From: an uncultured delta proteobacterium
Lineage (GTDB): Bacteria > Desulfobacterota > Syntrophia > Syntrophales > UBA5619
Reading direction: 5' to 3'
DNA length: 64,000 nucleotides
Assembly: GCA_963817385.1 (NCBI GenBank)
Contig: CAWFOM010000009.1
Coordinates: 32,001-96,000, forward strand
A program made the translations under genes and the position numbers. The notes beneath the pieces are model-generated. The model had not been told where the DNA came from and made no database searches. It saw nothing but the letters and a program-made list of their open reading frames with translations. Positions 52,527 to 62,298 of the stretch are shown piece after piece. Each line of letters starts with the position of its first letter. Within the stretch, counting starts at the first letter, position 1.

Positions 52527-53741
52527 TCACCGAGATAATGTGGGATACAGATCCGGGAAGAACCATCCCGCGGCATGAATCGGGAACCCCAGATGAACGT
52601 CACCTTTCGGCGTATCCGAAACAAGCAGCCCCTCCGCTATCAGCTGGCCCAGGAGACTTCTCCCGGTCCGTTCTTTCAGGCCTGACGCCGCGATGACCGC
52701 TCCCCGGGCCGCTTCACCCTTCACCAATACCTCCTGAAGCATTCGGGCCGATTCAACCCTCAAGCCTTTCTCCCCCGCGGGGCCGGGGATCATGCCGGAG
52801 CTGCGGAGTTCAATGTATCGCCTGATGCGTTCAACCAGTTCTTCCAATCGAAGCAATTCCCCCATGTATTCCACCTGGTCGAGACACAAATCAAGGAAGA
52901 AACGGCAAAAAGAAATCAGCCCTTCATTGGACAGGTTTCCCCTGCCATCCAAGTCATTCCGGCGGGGGGCATCGGCCCGGGCGAGGGCGGACTTGTAATC
53001 GACGTTCCTGCGGGCCAGCCCCCGGCTCACCGACCAGAGGCCGAAGCCGTGAACGGGAATCTGGTGAAAGTATGCCTCGGTGAAAAGACGAGCAACCCGA
53101 CCGTTGCCGTCGAGAAAGGGGTGAATCCACATCAGCCTATGGTGGGCTGCCGCGGCCGCAACAAGCTTCAGCGCACCATGATGCCTGTCAGGTGCATAAA
53201 ATTCACCGAAACGGTCGAGAAAGGCCTTGAGTGAGCCATGCCCTGGCGGCTCGTGATATCCCACCTTGACTGATTCTTTACGGAGCTCTCCCGGCACGAC
53301 CAGACTTTCCCTGCCCGTTTCAGGATTCTTCACAACCCCAAATTCCTCCGGCAATTGTCGATAGAACTCACGGTGGAGGTAACAGAGAAATTCCTGACCG
53401 GTCATGTTGACTTCCGGATCTTCCCGCAATTTCCTCTCCATATCCTTCTGGACGGTGATATGGGCAACGCTTTCCATCTGAAGATTGCGCTTGGCCGGTT
53501 CGGAATCGTACTCTTTCTGCATGGCGCGGACGATGTCGTAAGGGTGGGTGTTATGACCCTCGATCAGATTGGAATAGTAGCTATTGATGATCCTGAGCAG
53601 CTCCCGCAGCGTGTCGAGCGTCACGGGATGCTGTCGGTTGCCGAGCGCGGCGGATTTCTGGAGCACCTCCAGGGCAAGGTCCTGAAGCTCGTCTGCTTCT
53701 TCGGGCAGGAGAGGGGTCATTGGGTGGATTTGTGATCGCAT
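52527..53741 (-). CDS. Fic-family protein (class II-like, with C-terminal HTH-like region)
   Basis: HPFLDGNGRVAR active-site motif; N-terminal inhibitory SNLIEG motif. Confidence 0.92.
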   Translation of the reverse strand: MRSQIHPMTPLLPEEADELQDLALEVLQKSAALGNRQHPVTLDTLRELLRIINSYYSNLIEGHNTHPYDIVRAMQKEYDSEPAKRNLQMESVAHITVQKDMERKLREDPEVNMTGQEFLCYLHREFYRQLPEEFGVVKNPETGRESLVVPGELRKESVKVGYHEPPGHGSLKAFLDRFGEFYAPDRHHGALKLVAAAAAHHRLMWIHPFLDGNGRVARLFTEAYFHQIPVHGFGLWSVSRGLARRNVDYKSALARADAPRRNDLDGRGNLSNEGLISFCRFFLDLCLDQVEYMGELLRLEELVERIRRYIELRSSGMIPGPAGEKGLRVESARMLQEVLVKGEAARGAVIAASGLKERTGRSLLGQLIAEGLLVSDTPKGDVHLGFPIHAAGWFFPDLYPTLSR

Positions 53742-54070
53742 ATTTTGCCTCTTATTGCCGATATATTTACCGTTTAGTAGTCTGTAAATAATCCATGATT
53801 ACAAGGAATATTATATTAGAATCAAATTCAATGCAATATCTTTTGCCGATTTATTTGCCGATGTACGGAATTGCCTCTGTTGGACAGCCGGGCAGATTTC
53901 AAGAATTAGATCGATTTTCATACGATTTTCAAATTGACAGTCCCACTTAACTCATCTATTCTGGGTACGAAATGGCGTTGCTCCCGAAGGATCATCTCGG
54001 TTTTTACCGATGCGGTACGGGAACGATTCGGAAAAGGGAGAGTGGGACATGTCGCCTGACGGCCCCAAAA

Positions 54071-54349
54071 ATGGATTACCCCTATATCACGTCGAATCCA
54101 GAAATTGCCGGGGGGCGGCGAATCATCGCCGGGACGAGGATTACCGTCCACTGCATCGCCGGATATTATCAGACCGGCATGAGCGTCGACGAGATCCTTG
54201 ACAGCCTTCGTCACCTGACCCCGTCCCAAGTCCATTCGGCGCTGGCCTATTACTTTGACCACATGGACGAGATTAATGCGGAGCTGGAAGAAGCGGGCAA
54301 CAGCGAATACTGGAAGTGCCAGGTTCAAACGCATCCCGCGTTGCAATAG
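54071..54349 (+). CDS. DUF433 protein (putative antitoxin); true start may be ATG 54049 with a +1 frameshift
   Basis: YITSNPEIAGG...IAGTRITV...G.S.DEI...LT..QVHSALAYY. Confidence 0.85.
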   Translation: MDYPYITSNPEIAGGRRIIAGTRITVHCIAGYYQTGMSVDEILDSLRHLTPSQVHSALAYYFDHMDEINAELEEAGNSEYWKCQVQTHPALQ

Positions 54350-54363
54350 CGTCGCGGCAACCG

Positions 54364-54540
54364 ATGAAACGGATATGGATCCCGGATGAGGATGACCATA
54401 CGGACCTGTCCCACGGAAAAACGCTCCGGCGACTGCTGAAGAAGGTCGGGTTGGCAACCAGGCGGATTTCAAGAACCGAATCGCGTTTTTCTGAAGAATC
54501 TGCTGTTGGAAATGGGGGGAGCGGCAGTGGATCGATGTAA
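54364..54540 (+). pseudogene. Possible internally deleted DUF5615 PIN-like toxin relic
   Basis: Follows DUF433. DEDDHTDLSH resembles the N-terminal DE motif, joined to GKTLRRLL, which resembles the C-terminal helix. Confidence 0.4.
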
Positions 54541-54667
54541 CTAAAATGTAACCGTCCTATCCGAAAACAAACCCAGAAAACCTAACCTGATCCAAAATGC
54601 TCTTTCTAACTCCTTGATACAGAAGCGATTAATTTATGATGGAGAATCGCCTATTTTAAATTTCCGT

Positions 54668-54735
54668 CTTCAAATCCGGAGTGGGGGGCTAGTACCCTCC
54701 CAGGTGGGTTCGATTCCCATGCACTTCCGCCATTT
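54668..54735 (+). repeat. Distal att site: duplicated 3' part of selC
   Basis: Exact copy of 49922-49989. Confidence 0.95.
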
Positions 54736-54953
54736 TATTCGCAAATTTCGATATTCATCGAGAATATTCATTTAACCAGACGTTAACCTTCTTTGGCCTT
54801 ACGCAGAGTATTTTATATAGAGTCGCGTAAAGCACCATGGACCCGAGCCTGCGAACATGTAGCGGTGCTCTGCATGGGTCGACTGGTTCAAGTGCCCGGT
54901 CCCGGAATACTACCATCTGAGATCTGATCACCATATAAGTGCATTTTGGTAGA

Positions 54954-57522
54954 TCAGTTGGTTCCGGCAAGCGCAGGCAGCCCATCGAGCATCAAGCCGT
55001 CTAAGGTGCCGTTAAGCTGAAACCCCACAACGTTCCTATCCGATGAGTAGACAATATAGGTGGCACTACTGATATCCAGAGAGAAGATATCCTCCGCGTA
55101 ATAGACCTTCCTGGCATGGCCGCCGACAGGGACCACCTGGGGGGTGCCCACCATTGCTCCGGCGTCGGTATAGGCGGTCAGGGTAACGGACGCCGCGCTG
55201 GCGTCAGTGTTGACAAAGACGATGCCGGTCCATCCGCCGTTCTTCTCGATCTTGGGAAAGACGCCCGTCTGCGCGCCGGTCCCGCCCCCTCCGGCATAGG
55301 CCGCCAACTGGTTGCCGTTGACGGTGCCGAAAAGCTCAAAGCCGGTGATAGGACATGTGGAGTCTATCTTGAACCACGCCGTGTCAGCGGGAAGGCTGAG
55401 TTCCGTAAATTTGCCGATATATTTCCCCTTCCCTGGTATGGACTGGGTTGAGGTGAGAAGGGGAGCCCCCTGGTCGTTGTAGGGCCTGATGGTTATCGTA
55501 CAGGCCGACGCCGATGGGTTATAGACTACAATGCCGGTCCACCAGCCATCACCGCCCACGTGGGGGTAGTAGATGGTCGGGGCGGTGTTGCCGGTGAGGA
55601 GAATTCCGTCCATCTGGTTGCCGCCGACGGTACTGCCGAAGAACTCCAGTCCGATGATGCCGCCGGCATTGGTGATCACCGCCGATTGAATGCCCGGCTG
55701 AGGCTGGTCATTGAACAGGCTTGCGATGTCGAAGGCTTTGTGTTCGTTGGCATTAAGTGTGATACTCCTGTTCTCGCCATTGTCAAAGGTAATGGTCAGC
55801 GTTTTCGCTTCCGTGGTTTGTGTTCACCAGGCTTACCCAGGTTCGCCAAGCAGCGTTTGAGGCTATGTGTGAGATATAGATATTCGACGAGGTGTTCAGC
55901 TCTTTTACCGCAGGGATTGCCGCTCTATAGCTTCCTGTTTGGTATAACTTTGTGTAGCCCTGGATCGCAGCAGAATCTGTATCAAAGGTAATGTATCCTA
56001 TGTCTGTGTGGTTTGTAAATTCATTCGCAACGGTGATCTGTCTCCTACCGTGGGCGGAAAGTGTGACAGGCATGGTAGTCCCGACGGGTACACCGTCATC
56101 TCTCCAGGCCCTCAGGGTGCCGGTGAGCGGTTGATCGCTGGTATTGATGAGGGCTATCTCCGTTTGCCAGGGCAAGCTCGTGTCTATGTGAGGGAAGTAG
56201 AGAGGCGTATTGGCGCCAGTCTGTGTAACGGTGAAGGGCTGTCCTCCAATGGTCAGGCTTCCCGTTCTGGTGCTTCCCGTTGTATTGGCGGCTACGGAGT
56301 AGGAAACCGTTCCACTCCCGGTTCCCGTACTCCCCGCTGCAATCGTTATCCACGGAGTACTGCTCGCGGCACTCCAGGAACAGCTGCTCGAGGGTGTGAC
56401 TGCCACCGTGCCCGTATGGCCCAACGGGTTGAAAAGTGAACTGGCTGGGGAGATGTTATAGGTGCATGTTATGGCGCCATCCTGTGTAACGGTGAACGTC
56501 TTTCCTCCAATGGTCATGGTTCCTGTCCTGGTGCTTCCCGTATTGGGTGATACGGAATAGGAAACCGTTCCATTCCCGGCACCTGCATTCCCCGCGGTAA
56601 TCGTTATCCACGAAGGTTTGCTCGTGACGCTCCAGGAACAGCTGCTGGAGGTTGCGACTTCCACCGTGCCCGTGTTGCCCACAGTACCGAAGGCAGTATA
56701 GTGCGGCGAAGAGCTGAAAAGAGGAGAACTGGTTGGGGAGATGGCGTAGGCGCATGTTGTGGATGTGGAGCCATTCTGTGTAACGGTGAAGGTCTTTCCT
56801 CCAATGGTCATGGTTCCTGTCCTGGCGCCTCCCGTTGTATTGGCGGCTACGGAATAGGAGACCGTTCCATTCCCGGCACCCGGACTTCCCGCGGTAATCG
56901 TTATCCACGGAGCGTTGCTTAACGCTGTCCAAGAACAGCCGCTTGCAGAAGGAGTCACCGTTATTGTGCCCGTGTTACTGGAAGCATTAAATGCATAACC
57001 GGAAGGGGAAATGTTAAAGGTACATGCTGTAGTTGCAGTGGTATACTGCAAAAGACGAGTATAAAATGCCTGTAAGCCTTCTGCGTTTAACATATAAGAT
57101 CGTGAGATCTCCCCGGTAGTCCGATCCAGATACGTATTGCTGTTATTCGGATCAATCACGGCAATCAGGGGGAAATAAAACAATCCCGGGGGCGCATAAG
57201 AATACCAGTCCCGATGGGCGACGCCACAGCCGGAAGGCAGATAATCCGTACCCGCCTCGCCATACCACGGAATAAAATATTGTTCAATCAAGCTTTTAAT
57301 CGGAGGAGAGTTAATTTCACAAGCTTTCTCTCTCATAGTTGTAGTCCAGTCGCAGCATACACTTCCGCCAACGAGCAATATCTTTTTCCCTTGAGCTTTT
57401 GCCAAAGCAACAGCTTCTGCTTTCGTAGTTTGCCATACCAAAGCAGCTGCAAATGCACTGTTGCACCCGACCCATAAGCATACCGCTACCACAAGGGCTG
57501 CAATTACGCTATGACGCTTCAT
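54954..57522 (-). CDS. Secreted modular protein: thioredoxin-like domain, 3 BACON-like repeats and a shared C-terminal domain; +1 frameshift at about 55817
   Basis: Signal peptide; W......A...AK.QGK.ILL; three CTxxISP...CSW...WITI...GxGTVSYSV..N....RTG..TIGG..FTVTQ units. Removing one base joins ORF 55783-57522 to 54954-55679, collinear with the paralog at 58572. Confidence 0.8.
56220..57025 (-). repeat. Three tandem ~260-290 bp BACON-like domain repeats
   Basis: Recurring AATCGTTATCCACG, CTGTGTAACGGTGAA and CCTCCAATGGTCA segments. Confidence 0.85.
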
Positions 57523-57622
57523 TTTTCCCCCCCAATTTCTAATTTGGAAACCTTATGCATAACCTTCGGTTTGCCATCCCGGATCATTCATCGACTACAT
57601 ACCGCCACTGTCTTTTGTCTCC

Positions 57623-57650
57623 AGTATAAAACGGATAATGGTCCCGTCAA
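57623..57650 (-). promoter_or_regulatory. Sigma70-type promoter for the 57522 gene
   Basis: TTGACG-N16-TATACT on the minus strand. Confidence 0.55.
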
Positions 57651-57692
57651 GAGAAAATGAGCTGGTCTATGTTAATTCATTCACATTCATTG

Positions 57693-57708
57693 TGTGATAT
57701 AGATCACA
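57693..57708. promoter_or_regulatory. CRP-family binding site
   Basis: Perfect TGTGA-N6-TCACA. Confidence 0.6.
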
Positions 57709-58571
57709 AAAGAAGCCTCGCTTGATTACACTAAAGAGCAAAAAGTATGAACTCCCTATAGACCATCGAGGCTATCAATAAATACCAATTCCATCTTACG
57801 GCCAGCCCTCTTTCCTCCATTGAGAAAGCACATAATGCAAAATATGCATAAAATCAAGAACAATTAAACAATTATCGAAGTCATCTATCCCTCCTTTATA
57901 AGATCATCTCGGGAAAATTTCCGGATTTCAAACTACGGCGATACTCATTTTGTCATTGGCATTCATAACTGTTAGGTTTGCAAAATTCGCACCATCCTTA
58001 TTAAATCAACCGTATTAATTCAATATTAAAGACATTTTAACGGGTGAAAAGAATGGTCGAATCGAGTTATGATGGGAATAACCTTCATAGGCATATTCAA
58101 TATTGACCCGCAAGCTTATTGCAATGGTTCCTTAGTATTCAAAATATTTGCGATTTTATATAACCGAAATATCCTACACCAGTATTATAATGCTCAACCC
58201 GTGTGAAGAACGATGAATCAGTTGGAGATCCTGGGGCAGATGGGAGCCATCACGCAGATCCAGGCACGAAAGCCCATGCCCTGAAAAACTGCGCTCGCCT
58301 CATCACCGAAAACGACAACTCCCCTACAAACTTTTTGAGGTTATTTGCGCACCCATGTGCGCGCGACCGGAATCAAATCCCATCCCGAGACAACAAGTTA
58401 TGATAAATCTCATTGACATACAAGATACCTTTCCGTATCATCAACTCGCGCAAAAGCAACTTCTTATCGAGAAATCTGCCTGACGGCGTCCCGAAAACAG
58501 AACTTGTTATCAAATCAAAACGCACGCGAGAAAAAAATCGCGAAACCCTCCCACTAAAGGAGAAAAATAAC

Positions 58572-60215
58572 ATGAAACATACCTCATTCAAAACAATATT
58601 TCAGCCATGGATCCTCGTGACCTTGATTGTGTTATTACAAACGGGATCCCTATTCACTGCGGGAACAGAAGCTGTTGCCTGAAGTAGTTACCCTCAGCTG
58701 ACCGTGGATGTCAGCCCTGACAATAGTGGTACCGTTAAAATCAATGGTTCGGCCGCCACCTCTTACCCTTCGGTTTTCAGTATTGCCCGATACTCAACCG
58801 TCACCCTGGAGGCCATGCCGGCATTCGGATACACTTTTTCCAACTGGAGCGGTGCGGTGACGGGCGCCACCAATCCGACTTCCCTCTATGTTGATTGCGA
58901 CAAGACCGTCACGGCTACCTTCACGCCCCAAAGCGCCGGAATATCGAAGCTTTATTTTCCTCACGTGGCGAGTCAGGTAGGGAGTTCTCCTGATATTTGG
59001 GAGACGGAGATTTGCGTGATCAATACCAGTGATCAGGTCCTCAGGGGAACGTTGAGGTCATACCTGAACAATGGCCAGGCAACCTCATCCGGCAAAGCTA
59101 TCACCCTGGCTGCTCACGGGAGGTGGAGCCGGATTGTGGGGGGTGGTGAGTTTACGAATCCCTCTGAGATCGGGTACATGGTTTTTGAATCAGCTTCCGA
59201 CAACATCGTAGGCTACACGAAGTTTTACCAAGAGGGGAAATATCGAGCGGCGATCCCTGCGGTAAAACAGGTGAACAACAACGATATCTATATCCCCCAC
59301 ATAGCCTCAAACGCTGACTGGTGGACCGGGATAAGCCTGGTGAACACAACTTCGGCAATGAAAGAATTGACGATCACCTTTAACACTGGCCAGAGCGTGC
59401 CCTACACACTCAACGCCAACGAACACAAGGCCTTCGACATCGCAAGCCTGTTCAATGACCAGCCTCAGCCGGGCATTCAATCGGCGGTGATCACCAATGC
59501 AAGCGGCATTGTTGGTCTGGCGCTTTTTGGCAACACCGGCGGCAGCGACCACCTGGACGGAATCCTCCTTACCGACAACACCGCCCCGACCATATACTAT
59601 CCTCACGTGGCTGATAATGGATGGTGGACCGGCATTGTGGCCTATAACCCGTCGGAGTTGGCGTGCACGATAACCATCAAGCCCTACAATGCTCAGGGGA
59701 TCCCCCTTCTCTCCAAGACCCGTTCTCTCATGGGGAAGAAAAAATATATCGGCCTGGCTACGGAACTCGACCTTCCCGCTGAGACGGCGTGGTTCAAGAT
59801 AGACGCCACAAGGCCCCTCACCGGCTTCGAGCTTTTTGGCACCGTCGACGGCAACCAGCTTGCGGCCTATGCGGGAGGGGGCGAGACCGGCGCGATGGGG
59901 GGCGTCTTTCCCAAGATCGAGAAAGACGGCTGGACCGACATTGCCTTTGTCAACACGGACGCGAGCGCGGCGTCCGTTACCCTGACCGCCTATGACGACG
60001 CCGGAGCTGTGGTGGCCACCCAGGTGCTCCCTCCTGTCGGCGGCCATGCCAAGATGGTCAATCACCCGGAGGCGATCTTCTCGCAGGATATCACGAGCGC
60101 CACCTATATTGCCTACTCATCGGACAGGAATGTGTTGGGGTTTCAGCTCAATGGGAGCTCGGACGACATGATGCTCGATGGGCTGCCTGCGCTTGCCGGA
60201 ACACCGCAGCGATAG
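58572..60215 (+). CDS. Secreted protein with in-frame UGA at codon 37 (candidate selenoprotein): InlB-B-repeat-like domain plus shared C-terminal domain
   Basis: AAGGAG RBS, ATG 58572, signal peptide ending AVA, TGA 58680-82, then SSYPQLT continuing in frame into ORF 58704-60215. Confidence 0.75.
58694..58720 (+). promoter_or_regulatory. Putative bacterial SECIS hairpin
   Basis: GCTGAC-CGTGGAT-GTCAGC stem-loop with a lower TCA/TGA pairing. The loop begins 20 nt after the UGA and has G at its second position. Confidence 0.55.
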
Positions 60216-60552
60216 ACGGGCATCGATACGGACGCGACCATGCGGTAACTTCTTGCATGGGGCGTGATCGCTTTGACGACGACGATAATGCGGCATTATC
60301 GGTAAAGTCGCCCGGTACGACTGGCGCTCCGCCCATCGCCTCTTCTTCGTGGCAGATTTGAACTAAGGAAAGTTTTGGGGAAGCGGAGACGCTGCCGTAG
60401 AAGTACCTGGCTTCACTGTCCGGGAGCCGGATGAGGAACTCGATGCCACACTATTCCCTGTATCCTTGGGATAACGTTTTTCCCGGCCGATGCAAAGGCT
60501 ACGGGGGGTGAATAAAACGATTTTTCGATTAACCAAGAAGAGGAGGTAATGT

Positions 60553-60990
60553 ATGATCAAAGAATTCAAGGAGTTCGTCGTGAAAGGAAACGTGCTGGAC
60601 ATGGCGGTCGGTATCATCATCGGCGCATCGTTCGGCAAAGTAGTTACCTCATTTGTGAACGATGTGATGATGCCTCCCATCGGTCTCCTGCTCGGAAAGG
60701 TGGATTTCAGCAATCTCTTCATCAACCTGTCGGGCAAATCGTTTGAGTCGCTGGCCGACGCAAAAAAAGCAGGCGCCGCAACGCTCAACTACGGGTTATT
60801 TCTCAACACGACGATCGACTTTCTGATTGTCGGATTCGCCATATTCATCCTGGTGCGGCAAGTCAACCGCATGAAACGCCAGGCGCCAGCCGCTGCCCCC
60901 GTGACCCGTGAGTGTCATTTTTGCTTCACCGACATCCCCATCAAAGCCACCCGTTGCCCGCACTGCACTTCTACACTGGCCGAGGGGTAG
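60553..60990 (+). CDS. mscL: Large-conductance mechanosensitive channel with C-terminal CxxC-CxxC motif
   Basis: [23 protein letters not shown]....IDFLIV, ECHFC...RCPHC. Confidence 0.95.
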   Translation: MIKEFKEFVVKGNVLDMAVGIIIGASFGKVVTSFVNDVMMPPIGLLLGKVDFSNLFINLSGKSFESLADAKKAGAATLNYGLFLNTTIDFLIVGFAIFILVRQVNRMKRQAPAAAPVTRECHFCFTDIPIKATRCPHCTSTLAEG

Positions 60991-61234
60991 AGCCCGGCAA
61001 CGCCAGCGCCTTGTGGGCAGTTGCCCGGGAGTCTTTTTGTTTGTAACATGTTAATTTAATGTGGTATAATTTGATTCGGGAGGATCAGTCAATGGAGAAG
61101 ACACGGGGTGATAATCGGCGGCGGGGAGACTGTCCGATTTCGATGGACATTGTCCGACGGAATAGTATTTTCATTAAAGCACTGCTGTCATTCAAAATCT
61201 TGAGGCGCACGGCAGTGCGTCGGGAAGAGGGATT

Positions 61235-62119
61235 ATGGAACGAATAGGCTTTATCGGTCTCGGCGCGATGGGGAAGCCCATGGCGCAAAACCTCATGAAA
61301 GCGGGCTACCCGGTTCATGTACTGACGCGCACGCGCTCGAAAATCGACGATTTGCTTGCAGCCGGTGCTCTCTGGTGCGACACGCCGAAGGAAATCGCCG
61401 AAAGAAGCGATGTCGTCATCACCATGCTGCCGGACACGCCCGATGTTGAACAGGTGGTCGCAGGCAAAAATGGCGTGTTCGACGGCGTCCGCCCGGGAAT
61501 GCTGATTATCGACATGAGCACGATTTCGCCGATTGCGGTGCGCAAACTCGCCCGCGAGGCCGAGACACGCGGCTGCGATTTTCTCGATGCACCCGTCAGC
61601 GGCGGCAACATCGGTGCGCAGAATGCGACCCTTTCGATCATGGTCGGCGGCAGGGAACCGGCGTTCAACCGCGCCATGCCGATTTTTCGGGAGATGGGGA
61701 AAGCGATTCTCCTCATCGGCGATTCGGGGGCGGGGCAGATCACCAAAGCCGCGAACCAGATTCTCACGTCCATCCATATCGAAGCGGTCGCCGAAGCGCT
61801 CGTGTTTGCCGCAAAGGCAGGTGTCGATCCCCGCAAGGTGCGTCAGGCACTCATGGGAGGCTCAGCGTACAGCCGCATCCTGGAGAACCACGGACAAAAG
61901 ATGATCGATCGAAACTTCAAACCCGGCTTCCGCATGCGCCTGCATCGAAAGGATCTGGACATCACCCTGGACGCCGGCAAGGCGTACGGCGCAGCGCTGC
62001 CCGTGACGGGACAGGTGCGCGAGCTGATGACCGAAACGCTCAACGACGGACAGGGCGACATGGACAATTCCAGCTTCATCCTTCTGCTCGAAAAACTCTC
62101 GAACAAAAAGGGGGAATAA
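61235..62119 (+). CDS. 2-hydroxy-3-oxopropionate (tartronate semialdehyde) reductase-like, 3-HIBDH family
   Basis: GFIGLGAMG, DMSTISP, DAPVSGG, K.ANQ, F.PGFR..LH.KDL. Confidence 0.88.
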   Translation: MERIGFIGLGAMGKPMAQNLMKAGYPVHVLTRTRSKIDDLLAAGALWCDTPKEIAERSDVVITMLPDTPDVEQVVAGKNGVFDGVRPGMLIIDMSTISPIAVRKLAREAETRGCDFLDAPVSGGNIGAQNATLSIMVGGREPAFNRAMPIFREMGKAILLIGDSGAGQITKAANQILTSIHIEAVAEALVFAAKAGVDPRKVRQALMGGSAYSRILENHGQKMIDRNFKPGFRMRLHRKDLDITLDAGKAYGAALPVTGQVRELMTETLNDGQGDMDNSSFILLLEKLSNKKGE

Positions 62120-62163
62120 TCGACGGATTTCGATCGTTCGTCTCCGACGGCCTGATAATCCTG

Positions 62164-62192
62164 TTGACAGGCCGCACGGCCCTCCTTATACT
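62164..62192 (+). promoter_or_regulatory. Sigma70-type promoter for the OsmC gene
   Basis: TTGACA-N17-TATACT. Confidence 0.65.
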
Positions 62193-62298
62193 TCCGCCGT
62201 TCCTGAACATCGTCTCGTCGCCGGAACGTGCGGTTGTTCGGGAAACAATCCGGAAGGCGTAGCAAAAGGCGCCGTCACGATCAGGGAGGAAATCGGTC

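Larger units (their letters stand above)
49922..54735. mobile_element. Degenerate genomic island integrated in selC; no integrase inside
   Basis: Identical 68-bp direct repeat at 49922-49989 and 54668-54735 (anticodon loop to 3' end), IHF-like sites at 49992-50004 and 54607-54619, TA/defence cargo. Confidence 0.88.

Noticed and set aside
54668..54732. Second tRNA-Sec gene
   Set aside because: Lacks the 5' acceptor strand, D arm and 5' anticodon stem; it is the att duplication.
58413..58682. Stand-alone 89-aa ORF plus a separate gene starting at GTG 58704
   Set aside because: The RBS supports ATG 58572, the product would be only a signal peptide, and GTG 58704 has no evident RBS. A single UGA-containing gene fits better.
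55666..59500. Diversity-generating retroelement TR/VR pair or shufflon
   Set aside because: No reverse transcriptase or site-specific recombinase in the window. Both copies are coding paralogs, and the differences I inspected are not adenine-specific.
60340..60450. Possible Ser/Thr kinase N-terminal fragment (GRFELRKVLG)
   Set aside because: Only about 10 residues resemble it, with no continuing kinase motifs.
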